A DNA stretch of 64,000 nucleotides from the human T2T-CHM13v2.0 reference genome, Homo sapiens. The stretch lies in assembly GCF_009914755.1 (NCBI RefSeq), contig NC_060926.1; one strand, 5' to 3'. Positions 15,992 to 29,555 of the stretch are shown one piece after another. The notes under the pieces are model-generated. The model saw only the letters and a list, made by a program, of their open reading frames with translations. It was not told the DNA's origin and did not search any database. Within the stretch, counting starts at the first letter, position 1. Each line of letters begins with the position of its first letter. The translations under genes and the position numbers were made by a program.

Positions 15992-16291
15992 TGCAAAATG
16001 GTTAATACTGTCAGCTTGATTGGATTGAAGGATACTAAGTATTGATCCTGGGTGTGTCTGTGAGGGTATTGCCAAAAGAGATTAACATTTGAGTCAGTGG
16101 GCTGGGAAAGGCAGATCCACCCTTAATCTGGTGGGCACAATCTAATCAGCTGCCAGGGAATATAAAACAGGCAGAAAAAACATGAAAAGGAGAGACTGGC
16201 CTAGCCTCCCAGCCTACATCTTTCTCCCGGGCTGGATGCTTCCTGCCCTTGAACGCTGGACTCCAAGTTCTTCAGTTTTGAGACTCGGACT
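15992..16291 (+). mobile_element. MLT2A (HERV-L LTR, MLT2A2-like), 3' part deleted
   Basis: ATGGTTAATACTG...TTGATTGGATTGAAGGATAC...GGGTGTGTCTGTGAGGG; stops abruptly after GAGACTCGGACT with no LTR terminus or TSD. Confidence 0.88.
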
Positions 16292-16458
16292 TATTCATTT
16301 AAATGACCCCATAGTAACTTTTATTTATTCTCCTAATATGATGAATTACATAAATTAATTCTCAAATCTTTAACCAACTCACCTTCTATTTGTGGCATAA
16401 ACCCTAATATGGCATAATATATTATCTTATTTATACACTGCTGATTGAATTTGTGAAT

Positions 16459-16850
16459 TATAGTAGTTTGCTAGGGTTATTGTAACAAAATACCACAGAC
16501 TTGGAGGCTTCAACAACAAATAATTAATTTTCTTGCAGTTCTAAAGGCTAGAAATCCAAGATCAAGTTGTCACCAAGGTTGGCTTCTCTTGAGGACTGTT
16601 CCAGGCCTCTCTCCCTAGCTTGTTGATAGTCGTCACCTCCCTGTGTCTTCATATCACCTTCCCTCTTCATGTGTGTCCAAATTTCCCCTTCTTATACCAC
16701 TCATATTGGATTAAGACCCACTTAAATTACCTCAATTTAAACTTAATTACCTGTTTTAAGAACTTCTTTCCACTACAATCACATTCTGAGGCACTTGGGG
16801 TTAGGACTTCTACATATAAATTTGGGGTAGTCACAATTCAGCCTACAACA
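16459..16850 (-). mobile_element. MLT1 (A/B/C-type) MaLR solo LTR
   Basis: tagtttgctaggg...gtaacaaaataccacagact at one end and caattcagcctacaaca at the other. Confidence 0.82.
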
Positions 16851-16894
16851 CCAATAGTTGATAATATTTTAAAGACTTTCTTTATAAGTCTGCA

Positions 16895-17019
16895 CCTTTC
16901 CTCCCTCCCTCCCTCTCCCTCCCTCCCTCCCTCCCTTCCTTCCTTCCTCCCTTCCTTTCTTCCTTCCATCCTTCCTTCTTTCCTTCCCACCTTCCTGCCT
17001 TCCTGCCTTCCTCTTTTTT
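16895..17019. repeat. (CCCT)n/(CCTT)n polypyrimidine tract
   Basis: Directly visible, ~125 bp almost purine-free on the plus strand. Confidence 0.95.
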
Positions 17020-19082
17020 AGTGATGTCTGCTAAGTTTTGTTATTAGGAATACGCTGGTCTCTTATAATGAGTTTGGCAATGTTTACTTCCCTTCTGTTT
17101 TCTAAAAAAATATTTTGTTAGATTTCGATGTTATTGATTCTTTGAAATACGATAAAATGCCATCAGGGTCTGGAGTATTCTATTTGGGAAAATTTTTAAC
17201 TAATAACATTGTTTACAAATATTTATAGAGCTCTTCAGCTTACCTATTTCTTTACGAGTGAGCTTTGGCAGATTTTATCTTTCAAAGGATTTGTTCATTT
17301 TATCTATATCATTAGATTTATTGCTACAGTTTATTATACTATTCCCTTATTATTCTTTCAATATTTGTAGAATCTGCAATGATGTTAGCTCTCCCATTTT
17401 TAATATAAATAATTTGAATCTCCTCACTTTTATCCCTGATCAGTGAGATTAGAGGTTTATCCATTTTAGATATTTACAGAGCACCAGTTTTGCCTTTATT
17501 GATTTTCCGAATAGGTTTTCTGCTTTCTGTTTCATTGGTTTCCATTCTGATCTTTCATATTCCCTTTCTTCTTAAATTTTGTTTAATTTGATTTTCTTTT
17601 TCTTATTTCTTAATGTAGATGCTGAGCCTACTGCTGTGAGACCATTCTTCTTTTCTAATGTAGATGTTAAGTGCTATATTCCCCTTAGGCACTACAGTAG
17701 TAGCTAGTGGCATCTCACAATTTTTGACATGTTGTGTTTTTATTTTTACTCCATTAACGATGCTTTCTAATGTCGCTTCTGATTTTTTTCTTAACCCATG
17801 TGCCATTTAGAAATTTAATTTTTGTTAACCGAACATTAAGGGAATTTTCATGGATCTTTCTGCTATTGATTTCTAATTTAATCTCACTGTGGTCAGGAAA
17901 CATGCTTATATTAATAGTACTTCTATCTCTTTAAATCTATTGAGACTTGTTTTATGTCTCAGAATATATTATATGTAAGTTATTGTTTCATGTGCATTTG
18001 AAAAGAATGTGTGTTTTGCTGTTCTGGGCTGAAGTGTTCTATAAATGTCAATTAGATTGAGCTAGTCAGTAGTGTTCAAATCTTCAACATCTACTTATTT
18101 TCTCTATACTTGTTCTCTCAAGTATTGAGAACTTAACATCTGAAGTATTGAGAGAACACAATTAAAAGCTTTGACTATAATTGTGGATTTGTTTAATTCT
18201 CCTAGAGGTTCTAGCAGTTTTTATTTCGTATATTTTGAAGTTGTGTTATTAACTGTTTATACGTTTAAGATTGTTGTATTTTCTTAATGAACTGAAACAC
18301 TAAACATTATAAAATGATTTCTTGATCTTTGGTTATACTTTTTGCTCTGATACCTACTGTATTTGTATTAATATATCCTTTTTTCTATGATTAACAGCAA
18401 GTTACATTCTAACTAACAGAGTATAACTGTGTCTATTAACAGACTCCACCATTATTGGGAATTATTCTTTTACCAAATACTCACTCATTTGATAGGTAAA
18501 AATGACATTGTATTGTCTTAATCTGTATTACTTTAAATTTTTAAAATAAAATTTTAACATCTCTGTTGTGTTTGTTTTAGGCATTGGTATTCCTATTTGT
18601 TAATCTCCTATTTGTGTTTGTCTCTTTTTATAAAAAATTTCAATGTTTGTCCAGTTGGTTTGCTTGATTTTTCTATTTTTAATTTTTGTGGGTACATAAT
18701 AGGTATATACTTGATTGTAACCTTCTATTTCTGAGCCTTGTGGCTGACATATTTCCAATACTGTGCTATGTCTTTTAATCTTTGTAGTCCTAAGCTTTTA
18801 TTATACCTAGGTAAACACATTTGTGATTTTCTTTTGAATGTCATTCATTGCATATCTGCTTTTCACATATAATATTAATTTAACGGTGTATTAACCTGCT
18901 TTCTAATTTTTTTTTCAGGCATTCCTCTTTCATACATCTGGGCCCTAAATTCCTTTAGAAAATATATTTCTAGTAGCAATTAAATCTATGTTATTAATAG
19001 ATATTAGTTTTTGACAGTAAAATTTGAATAACCTAGCATTATGAAATGTCATTATTAAATGTCATTATTAAGCAAAGCTAAT

Positions 19083-20517
19083 TTTTTTTATTATACTTTA
19101 AGTTCTAGGGTACATGTGCACAGCGTGCAGGTTTGTTACATATGTATACATGCGCCATGTTGGTGTGCTGCACCCATTAACTCGTCATTTACATTAGCTA
19201 TAAATCCTAATGCTATCCCTCTACCCTCCCCCAACCCCATGACAGGCCCCAGTGTGTTATGTTCCCCTTCCTGTGTCCAAGTGTTCTCATTGTTCAATTC
19301 CCACCTATGAGTGAGAACATGCGGTGTTTGGTTTTTTGTCCTTGTGATAGTTTGCTGAGAATGATGGTTTCCAGCTTCATCCATGTCCCTACAAAGGACA
19401 TGAACTCTTCATTTTTTATGGCTGCATAGTATTCCATGGTGTATATGTACCACATTTTCTTAATGCAGTCTATCATTGATGGACATTTGGGTTGGTTCCA
19501 AGTCTTTGCTATTGTGAATAGTGCCACAATAAACATACGTATGCATGTGTCTTTACAGTAGCATGATTTATAATCCTTTGGGTATATACCCAGTAATGGG
19601 ATGGCTGGGTCAAATGGTATTTCTAGTTCTAGATCCTTGAGGAGTCGCCACACTGTCTTCCACAATGGTTGAACTAGTTTACAGTCCCACCAACAGTGCA
19701 AAAGTGGTCCTATTTCTCCACATCCTCTCCAGCACCTGTTGTTTCCTGACTTTTTAATGATCACCATTCTAACTGGTGTGAGATGGTATCTCATTGTGGT
19801 TTTGATTTGCATTTCTCTCATGGCCAGTGATGAGCATTTTTTCATGTGTCTTTTGGCTGCATAAATGTCTTTTTTTGAGAAGTGTCTCTTCATATCCTTC
19901 GCCCACTTTGTGATGGGGTTGTTTGTTTTTTTCTTGTAAATTTGTTTGAGTTCTTTGTAGACTCTGGATATTAGCCCTTTGTCAGATGAGTAGATTGCAA
20001 AAATTTTCTCCCATTTTGAAGGTTGCCTGTTCACTCTGATGGTAGTTTCTTTTGCTGTGCAGCTCTTTAGTTTAATTAGATCCCATTTGTCAATTTTGGC
20101 TTTTGTTGCCATTGCTTTTGGTGTTTTAGACATGAAGTCCTTGCTCATGCCTATGTCCTGAATGGTAATGCCTAGGTTTTCTTCTAGGGTTTTTATGGTT
20201 TTAGGTCTAACATTTAAGTCTTTAATGTATCTTGAATTAATTTTCGTATAAGGTGTAAGGAAGGGATCCAGTTTCAGCTTTCTACATATGGCTGGCCAGT
20301 TTTCCCGGCACCATTTATTAAATAGGGAATCCTTTGTGCATTTCTTGTTTTTGTCAGGTTTGTCAAAGATCAGATGGTTGTAGATGTGTGGTATCATTTC
20401 TGAGGGCTCTGTTTTGTTCCATTGGTCTATATCTCTGTTTTGGTAGCAGTACCGTGCTGTTTTGGTTACTATAGCCGTGTAGTATAGTTTGAAGTCAGGT
20501 AGCCTGATGCCTCCAGC
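19083..20517 (-). mobile_element. 5'-truncated L1PA (L1PA5/6-like)
   Basis: L1PA 3'UTR plus ORF2 C-terminus ending MFSLIGGN*; TSD agcaaagctaat at 19071-19082 and 20515-20526, with 3-nt (agc) microhomology at the 5' junction. Confidence 0.95.
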
Positions 20518-20544
20518 AAAGCTAATATTTTTAATCATAAACAT
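19294..20544 (-). pseudogene. Uninterrupted L1 ORF2 C-terminal frame (CCHC knuckle) with flank-derived ATGs
   Basis: 426-aa ORF in track; ATGs at 20544 and 20538 lie outside the L1; [18 protein letters not shown] present; no EN or RT core. Confidence 0.8.
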
Positions 20545-23384
20545 GATACTACCGTTTTTTGTTATACAGAGCAAAGGACATACTAGTTACTCAATATCAC
20601 TTGTTACCCGAATTGAATTTTGCTTTATCGAAAACTCGAGGTTACAAGTTTTAGGTTGTTAGGCTTTAGTCTCTCCACATTGTCATTGTTCTCTTTCACC
20701 TGTGCAATGCTAAATGAGACTGATGAATGACCTGAATGGCCAATTGGCTTGCTTTTTTGTTCTTGAGTCATTGCCTCACCTGAGTTCCCTGAACTGAGTC
20801 CAAGAGCTGACCAAATACAAAGGGAGGAAACTAAGATGTATGGAACTACAATGAAAATCTCTTCCTTTACATAGTTATCTTATGTAAACCTTACATTAGC
20901 ATGTTGAACTACATTTTGATTAATTTTTACATAACAAATGCTTATTATGTGCAGCCAGTTGGCTAAAAGCATTCTCTGGGCTATCTCACTAAATATTTAT
21001 GATAACCTTTGAGGAAACATAGTGGGTATTGGGAAATTATAAAATATGTTATCATGTAGTATGAAGTTATGTAAAAAGAATATATGTACTATAATGTTAC
21101 ATACCATAACATGGTTACATACTATAATACTATCAGTTACAATTAATTTACCCTTTAAAAATACTTTATAAAAAGAAGAGTGGTTAGCAGGTAGACATAG
21201 CTGGAATATAAATATTGTGCTTATATTTTCTCAATTATCAAGAAAAAGAAATAATTCAGAAGAAGAGTTTTCAGAAAGGAAATAAAGATACAGACTATTA
21301 ATATTTGCAATTAAGCCAAGAACCCATTTGAGATATAACGAAGTGGGACAAAATTTTCCTTAAATGTGACACTGTGCATGTACCATTACTTGATTCCTCA
21401 CCTCATATGAATAATATTATAGCATGAAAAGCTGTATGCAAATAAAACTAACACTTCCTAAAAACAGAGAAATCTCTGCTCTTCCTACATCATCATGGGA
21501 AAAGTCCTAAGGACAAATTTGTGGATGGCTTGAAGATAATAACAGAATGCTTGTAAATAAGACAAGTAACTCAACCTTCATGTTTGTGAATATTGTAGAC
21601 CTAGTGTATCTCCCATTTATGTGGTCAAGGAGAAAAAATTAAATACTTTAGGTGTACATATTTCCTCATGTGATCTAAATACATGATTATTGCCATATTG
21701 GAGGAAATAACAAAATTGAGAGACTATCAAGCTCAATCTCCCAATGTGTTCATGTTTGTAAATTAGCTTGGAGAGTTAGCACCATGGCAGCCTCCTGCTT
21801 TGAGTGCTTTCCCTTGTCCTTGCCAAAATCAGAAAGAGTTGTCCCAATCAAGGTAATCAACAGGAAATCTGCAGTGTAAACTATGTAAGTAATTTGCATA
21901 TGCTCAAAAAATGAGCAAGAAAGGGTAGCCAATTACAGTTAGTCCAGTGATCTGACTTCTCATTCCACTTTCTCCCCTTGAGTTCCCAAAGCCCACGGGT
22001 CACTGCCAAGTGCAGGGTTCTATAGGTCTCTTGAAAGTCAGCAGGAAATGAGTTTAAGCCACCAAGAAGCCTATGGCTGATGAGATCATTCTGGAATACT
22101 GAAGAAAAAATGAGCTATATATCCCAGTCTGATTATTTTATTTACCTCGTATACTGAATTTCTTTCTTCCTTCTTTTCAGTGAGTCTTCATGCTTAAAGT
22201 ATGCCTAATCTGCAAGATATACTTTATAAGCTAATTCTAATTCTAAGTGTTTTCATACCCCTGTGTGTATCTTCTGCCTCAATAAGTTTTCAAACTTTCA
22301 TGTGGTTTTAACGTTGGAAATTGGATAGAGAAAATGAATAATTAAGGAATTAAAAAAACACTTTTACAATAAACTGGGGTATCATTTGCTTTACTCTAAT
22401 TACTTTTATTAAGACAAAATTTCTTAAAATATATTTGTACTCTATTGTTGATAGAGGATGAATAAAAATCATCATGGGTTGGGATTCTAGTCAAAGCAAT
22501 TGTTACCTGGTTAAATAATTCACAAGAGATTCTTATCTGTGGTAACAGCTCATGAGGGGGCATTATATATGCCTTTTTATATGTCTTAATATTGTACAAG
22601 AGATCTCAGAAATTCATATTCACTAAAAATAAAAATCAAGACATTTCTCTTTAAGTTTTCATGTCCTCAGTTTGTAAATCTTTATTATTACAGTTTAAAA
22701 ATAAAATGACTGTTCAGTAATTTTAGAACAATGCGATTTCTGATATTTACCCCTTTCCATGACCTTACCACAAATCTAAATAAAGATCGTGATTTAAAAG
22801 CACCTGTGAGTCTCTCGTATGGCCTGTCCATAGTTATTGAATCTCAGCTTGAAAACAGCATTATATTTAAACAACAACAGAGCCAATCCTTGTTTTCTTC
22901 CCTTGGCCAGATGGTGCATCATCTTGGGAAATGGTGTAACCTGTCACAGTGTGTAAGTGTGATCTTGTGTGAAAAAATTTTGCAAGCTTGGGACACTATC
23001 TGCGAAGGCCACATGCTGTCTCTCATTATCCCAAATAATTAAAATTTTGTATTTTCCAGAACAACACACCATTGAGATTAACAATTAAGAATCACAGACT
23101 AGGGTCAAAGAAACATAAACATTTTATAGTTAAAAAGGAGTCTTTTCTAATTTTTTTGTATCATATTTACATCCATCTACCTTAAGCATATGCTAAGGCC
23201 CAAAGAAAATATTTGCTCTTGAGTCTGCTCAAACAAACAATAAAATACTGTAGTTACCTGTACAGAAAAAACCCTGTGCATTTAGGCTTACATATAGACT
23301 TTCTTCTTATGGACCAGAGAAATTCATGAAACCTAAGGATTTATATTTTAAAAGCATTTTTCTTAGATTTAGTGATGGAATTTT

Positions 23385-23560
23385 AAGACAAATCATTCTG
23401 TTCTTGGAGTCAAAAGGTCTGAGTTCAGGTTGTAATTCTGTAATTTTTATATGACCTTAGACAAATAATGTACACACTTTATCATGTATGAATCAAATGG
23501 TGATGTAAAATCTAAACCACACCATTAATGTTATGATTGAATGGGACAATTTTTGGAAAT
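23385..23560 (+). mobile_element. MIR fragment
   Basis: ttggagtcaaaaggtctgagttc...tgaccttagacaa, MIR core-like. Confidence 0.55.
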
Positions 23561-23711
23561 TAATTTTTGAACTACAACATTATGACTAAATGGCATTATT
23601 AATTTAAGAAGAAGGAAGTTCCTTTTCTTCTATTATATCTCTTTTGTTTTCCTAAATTTGTAGATGAGATTGCTGAAAAAATAGCTTGAAATAGTTTAAT
23701 AATCTACCAAG

Positions 23712-24110
23712 TGTAACAGTCAGTGTCCAGCCAGAATAAGAAACCACTCTAGGTCTTTCAAGCAGAGAGGAGCATAATACAGGGTATTGCTTACACAGGT
23801 ATCAGAAAGACTGGAGGAATGAATGGGGCAAAGAGGCCATTAGCAGAGCCCAAGAGATGAGGAGTTTGTCCAAAGAGCTGGAAGCTGTTACCATCCCTGG
23901 GCTGGAACTCAGCTCTCTCTTGCCTCTGCTTTGCTGGAGGCAATGCCATTGTTACTGCTGTTGCCCTGAAACCGCACCACTTGTGTGCAGCACCTAGGTG
24001 CACTGCCATGTTTGTTCTTTTCTCTCTCTTCCAATGTCCTTCCAGTACCACCCTTTGGCAAATAAACTAGAATATAGCTGGCAAGTGAGTCTGGAAATGC
24101 AATAAGAGAT
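23712..24110 (-). mobile_element. Ancient ERV LTR (family uncertain, LTR78/79-like)
   Basis: tgtaacagtcagtgtccagccagaataagaaaccactctagg resembles antisense old LTR termini. Confidence 0.4.
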
Positions 24111-24402
24111 TATTCATTAGTCTTTGTCAGTAAAAATTTTTACCCACCCTGACATCACAGGCTTGACTGGAGCTGAAGGCCAATACACCGCACATCTCAT
24201 GACAATTTATTTGGGCAGCTCATGATTTCAACTAGTAAGTCTATTAAATCCATTTAGTTGTAGACTACTACTCATCTAGAAATCTTAGCCTAAACAATTA
24301 GTAAAGAATGCTTACTTTCTTGTATTAGTGTCGGGAAAGAGGTCTCTACAAAAATGTTTGCAATGAGAATAGACTTCAGACTTTCAACATAATATTTTAA
24401 GA

Positions 24403-24760
24403 AACTCTCCTCAAAATATAAGCCATAGATCACTTCCATCAGAATCTCCTGATGCACTTGCTAATTACGTATGTGTGTGTATATATATATATACACATAT
24501 ATATATACACACACACTATATACTTAGTATTATGTTATTAGTATTATATTATACTTACATATACTTGGTATTATATTTATTGTTGTAAACAAGTGGCATA
24601 TACCTACCTATCTAGCTAGCTAGATACATAAATAGATATAGTTATAGATACAGATGTAGATATATGCCAAACTCTGTCCTAGATGTTCTAAATCAGAATC
24701 ACTGATTATGGACTCTGAGAATCTTCATTTTATTAAACTCCCTTTGGTGACTAGTTAATG
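24403..24760. mobile_element. MER5-like hAT MITE split by a (TA)n/TAGA-rich tract (~24470-24665)
   Basis: catcagaatctcctg on the left and aatcagaatc...aatcttcattttattaaactccc on the right. Confidence 0.55.
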
Positions 24761-24888
24761 TCCAGACAGAATAACAAGTAACTATAACACTTCAGTTTTT
24801 TCAAGCAGACAGGGATGCAGGGCAGGAAATTGCTTATACAGGTGCTATACTCGTTGATTTAGAGACATGATTTTCAGTGGTTAGATGG

Positions 24889-25264
24889 TGGTATGGACTA
24901 AATTGTTTCACCCCCAAATTGATATGTTGATATGCAACCCACTCCCCCATCGTGACTGTATTGGAGGTTGTCTCTAAGGAGGCAATTAAAGTTAAAAGAA
25001 GCCATAAGGGTGGAGCCCTAATCTGATATAACTGGTACCCATATGAGAAGAGGAAGAGGCAGCAGAGCTCTCTCTTTCTACTATGTGAGAACACAGCAAG
25101 AAGGCAGCTGCCTGCAAGCCAGTGAGAGTCCTCACAAGGAATTAACAGGTTGATACCTTGATCTTGGACTTCCCAGCATCTAGAACTGTATGAAAATAAA
25201 TTTCCACTGTTTAAGCCACATAGTCTATGGTGTTTTTTTATGGCAGCTGAAGCATACTATAACA
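24889..25264 (+). mobile_element. MLT1A/MLT1A0 MaLR solo LTR
   Basis: tggtatggactaaattg start, tttatggcagc...ctataaca end, AATAAA, TSD gatgg/gatgt. Confidence 0.85.
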
Positions 25265-28200
25265 GATGTGGAGTGACCACATTTTATTCTCTCATCCAAA
25301 CCTTTCGTGACTCCTGCTTTGTGAATTTCCATCTCAGGCTCCATTTATTTTATATTGATGCCTGACACCCTGAGTACTAGAAAATATAGTCAGAAGCACT
25401 CTCAGAAGTCAGTGGCCAGACTGCACTTATTGTTAGTCGTGTTCCCATGGTAGCCACCCACGGAAATGCTGCTGCTTCTAGAGTGAGCTGAGTTTGTACT
25501 ATGTTTGCAGCTGCCCCTCATGACTCTGAAAGGAGCAGCTGGTGTCACAGTTGATGCCAAAATTCAATCCAACCCACTGCATAAATGAATAGTTGCCCAG
25601 CAGTTTTGTCTTATGTCCAGCGAGACATTATTTTCCTACTCTAAAAAACCTAATATAATGATCATGCAATGAATGCTAAGTGTCTGACTTTCACGAAAAT
25701 ATCCATCAACATCTCTTCCTTTGGAGAAGATAATTAAAACCCATTAAAAAACCACAAAGGCACAATGATGAGGTTGCTACTTCCAAACCTTATCTATCCT
25801 GCCGTCCTCTCTTAGAATCCTGATCCCCCAGCCCCATGAGGTTGCTCTTTTTAAAATTTTATATGGTTTTCTCAAAGAAAGTTTGTGTGCTCATTCTTTA
25901 ATTCACAATGCAAGAAGCATTACCAGGGTTAGCAAACTCCTTAGAGATTATCCCTTAGTCATTTTCAGAAAGAATTTTATGTGATCCATGCTGTTTTGCT
26001 TGGCAAAAATCTCTTAACCCCACCTGTACTTCCAGTGTTTTTCCAATTAGGCAAGTCTACATTGCCTGGGGGAAAGTTGTCTCATAAAAAGCCCTTTTGA
26101 GAACAGAATAAGGACATAATTGCAGACAATGCTAGCTCAGAGGACAACTGAAGTTAGGAAAGCTTTGTTATCAGTTGCCTACTTTATCCAATACTCACCC
26201 CTTCTAGAAGTGCCTGGGAAACTGGCAGATATGGGTAGCATCAATTGCATCAATGACCAAGCACTGTTGAGCCCCATACTAGAGAGAGAACATGGGCTCC
26301 AGGCTTTGTTCTAAGCCCATTCCTTCTGGGCCTTATCTCCCTTATCTATAGAATGAGATGCTGGAACTGCAGGTTTTCTGAAACAACTGCAGCTCTCAAA
26401 AGTCAGTAGCTTTTTGATTTCGTGGATTCTGACAGCTCCAGCTCTGAGCACTTTTAGAAAACTGTTGGTCTAATAAGAAGCCTTTTAAAGTCATTTTGAT
26501 GAATAAAATACATACAAAAAAATACATGTTCATAACAGTATATAGCTTGATGAATTTTCACAAACTCGACACACCTGTGTAACCAGTTCCCAAATTAAGA
26601 AACAGCATGTCTCTTCAACATAGAAACATACTCATGGCCCTTTTTAAATAACTTCCTAAAGAGTGCTATAAATAATATAAGCTAAGGTAGATTTCAATAA
26701 AATGTGCATTGCCAGGGGGAAAAAAGGCATTTCATAATGACACAAAAATTGATTCATTAGCAAGACATAACAATCCTAAACATGAACATTACAAGGGCTT
26801 TAAAATACAAGGAGTAGCAAAACTCTCCTTTGTTTCTTCAAGTTGGAAAAACTGCAAGTATTCTTGTGGAGTTTTAGTCATTTTTCATGTAGCTGAATGC
26901 AGCCTACCATCAGCTAAAAATCCTTTAAAATATGGGAAAGTGACACTATGCCATGCTCTTATTCTACCTGATGTCTCCTATTTAAAATCTATTTACTTTT
27001 GCTATTTTCACGGGATTTCAACCTTTAGCCCTCCTTTCCCATAGCCCACCCTCCAGGGAGTTTGTCTGTTATGTGTGGGATAGCTGTTCTGGAAAAAACT
27101 TATTTTGCCATATTAGAAATAGAACACTCACTGATGTTTTATGTATTTCAGTGTAGAGATCTTACACATCTTTCATTAGATTTACTTACAAGTTGTTTGA
27201 CGTATTTAAATGCTATTGTAAATAAAATATTTTTTCTTGAAATTTTAATTGTGTATGTGTGACTAACAAAAATACAATTGATTTCAGTGTATTGACTGTG
27301 TGACCAGTGGCTTGATCAATTCACTTATTCTAATGGGTTATTTAGTAGATTCTTTCATATGTTCAGATTGTATTCAATCACAGGTTCTATGAAGAATGGC
27401 AGTTTTAGTTCCTACTTTCCATAACTTACACTTTTTATTTCTATCTCTTGCCTTATTGTGCTGGCTAGATTCTCTAATATAAATTATAATAGAATTGTTC
27501 ATAGCAGATGCTATTTCCTTTTTCCATTTTCAGAATAAAACTTTTAACACTTTGCCCTCTAAGTGTGACATTTGATGTCTGTTTTTAAAGATATCCTTTT
27601 TCATAATTTTTTAAAGTTCCTTTTATATTTTTAACTTACTGAGTGCTCTTCTTGAATATATGTTGACTTTATTCAAAAATTTTTCTATGTATTTTTATAT
27701 GAATATAGAATTTTTCTTTATTCTTTAAATGCGTAAAATTACAGTGGATGGTATTTTAACTGTTAAAGACCTCTTTCATCCATAGAATACCATCACTTGG
27801 TGACATCTTACTATCTACCTAACTGCATATATATCTACCTGTATACCTATATTTCTATTATATTTGCTTTCCATTTTAGAAATTCATCAGTCTTTTATAA
27901 CATCTTTCAGAAACTAGAAACAATAGTCATTTCATAATTTTGGTATATATCTTGGTATACCATTTTCTTCTGGCTTATATTATTTGTGTTGAAAATCCAG
28001 CTCTCACTCTTGTAGTCATCCCTATGAAGATATTGTCAAGGAATTGTGTGTGTGTATGTGTGTGTGTGTGTCTGTATCCTGGCTGCTTTCATAATTTTCT
28101 CTTTTTATTTAGTTTTGATGAGCTTTCCTATGAGATGGTGAAGAGTGCCTCTCTTTGACTTCACTCTGTTTGGATAGTTTAGAAATTTTATAACTACAGT

Positions 28201-28414
28201 ATAATATATTTTATGAATTTTAGAAATTGTATTGGCCATTATGTCTTCAAATATTGCTTCTGCCATGGATCTTCTACATTTTTCTCTAGGGCTGAAATTA
28301 TTTGAGCAGTAGGCTTTTCACTATGTCCCATGTGTATTTTATGTTCTTCTTCTTGTAAAAACTCATTTTACCTTATTTTGTTTCTTTGTACTTCAATCTT
28401 TTCTATTGATTTAT

Positions 28415-28830
28415 TGTTATGAGCTAAATTGTGGTCCCTCCAAAATTTATATGTTGAAAACTTAATTCCTATAACCTCAGAATGTTACTGTATTTGAAAA
28501 TAAGGTCTTTAAAGGGGTGATTACATTAAAATGAGGCCATTAGGATGGGACCTAATGTAACCTGACTTGGATCTTTATAAGAAGAAGAAATTTGGACAAA
28601 CAAAGAGACACTAAGAGTGCCTCATGTAGAGAAAAGACCATGTAGAGACACAGAAGTAAGATGGCCATCTGCAAGCCAAAGAGAGAGGTTTCAGAAGAAA
28701 CCAAACCTACTAAGACCTGATCTCGGACATTTAACTTCCAGAACAGTGAGAAAATAAGTTACTGTTGTCTGTGTCACCCAATTTGTGTTATTTACATGGT
28801 ATTTTGTTCTGGTAGCCCTAGTGAACTATG
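28415..28830 (+). mobile_element. MLT1B/C MaLR solo LTR
   Basis: tgttatgagctaaattgtggtccctccaaaatttatatgttgaa start; gatggccatctgcaagccaa; ggtagccctagtgaacta end. Confidence 0.82.
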
Positions 28831-29112
28831 TTTTCCATTTGCTGATTCTATCTCTAGCTGTACTTATTCTCTTCTAAAAACTATCTATTGAATTCTTAAT
28901 TTGTTTAAGTTTCAGGAATGCAACTTTTAAAAATAATTAGTTTGGAGGTAAAATTATCTATGTTTATCTAGTTTTAAAAGTATTACTTACCGATATTTTA
29001 AAGTCTACGTATGATGATTGCAATGTGTCAATATGTTACAATGCTGTTTCTAACATCTGTAAATTCTCTTTATTGGTGTTTATTTTTTGTTTCTATTTCC
29101 TTGCATGATGTT

Positions 29113-29474
29113 TGATATGGTTTGGCTCTGTGTTCCCACCCAAATCTCATCTAGAATTATAATCCCCATGTGTCAAGGGAAGTGCCTGGTCAGAGGTGAC
29201 TGGATCATGAGTGTAGTTTCCCCATGCTATTCTTATGATAGTGATTGAGTTCCCTTGAGAACTGATGGTTTTAAAGTGTGGCACTTCCTCACTCTCTTTT
29301 CTGCTACCATGTAAGACATGCCTTGCTTCCCCTTCACCTTCCACTATGATTGTAAGTTTCCTGAGGTTTCCACACAGCCATGTAGAAGTGTGATTCAATT
29401 AAACCTCTTTTGTTTATAAATTACCCAGTCTCAGGTAGTATTCTTTATAGCAGTGTGGAAAGCAGGCTAATACA
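29113..29474 (+). mobile_element. MSTA/THE1D-type MaLR solo LTR
   Basis: TGATATGGTTTGGCTCTGTG start, ATTAAACCTCTTTTG, GGCTAATACA end. Confidence 0.88.
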
Positions 29475-29555
29475 GAGAATGTGTTATTTGTTATTATTAT
29501 TATTTAATCCTGAACATTGTATGTGAAAACTTGGATATGACCTAGAGGATATTAT

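Larger units (their letters stand above)
15590..18390 (-). mobile_element. Ancient L1M fragments (3' region and ORF2), interrupted by MLT2A, MLT1 and a pyrimidine tract
   Basis: Degenerate antisense L1 ORF2 motifs (gtgcatttgaaaagaatgtgtgttttgctg, tctataaatgtcaattag, ctggtctcttataatgagtttgg). Confidence 0.7.

Noticed and set aside
15978-16291. MLT2A piece next to (TA)n as another templated insertion
   Set aside because: It begins at about the natural LTR start, and the flanks are non-adjacent parts of old L1, so insertion followed by a one-sided deletion is sufficient.
22731-23042. 103-aa ATG-initiated ORF in unique DNA
   Set aside because: No recognisable motif, promoter or convincing splice context; this length can occur by chance in 64 kb.
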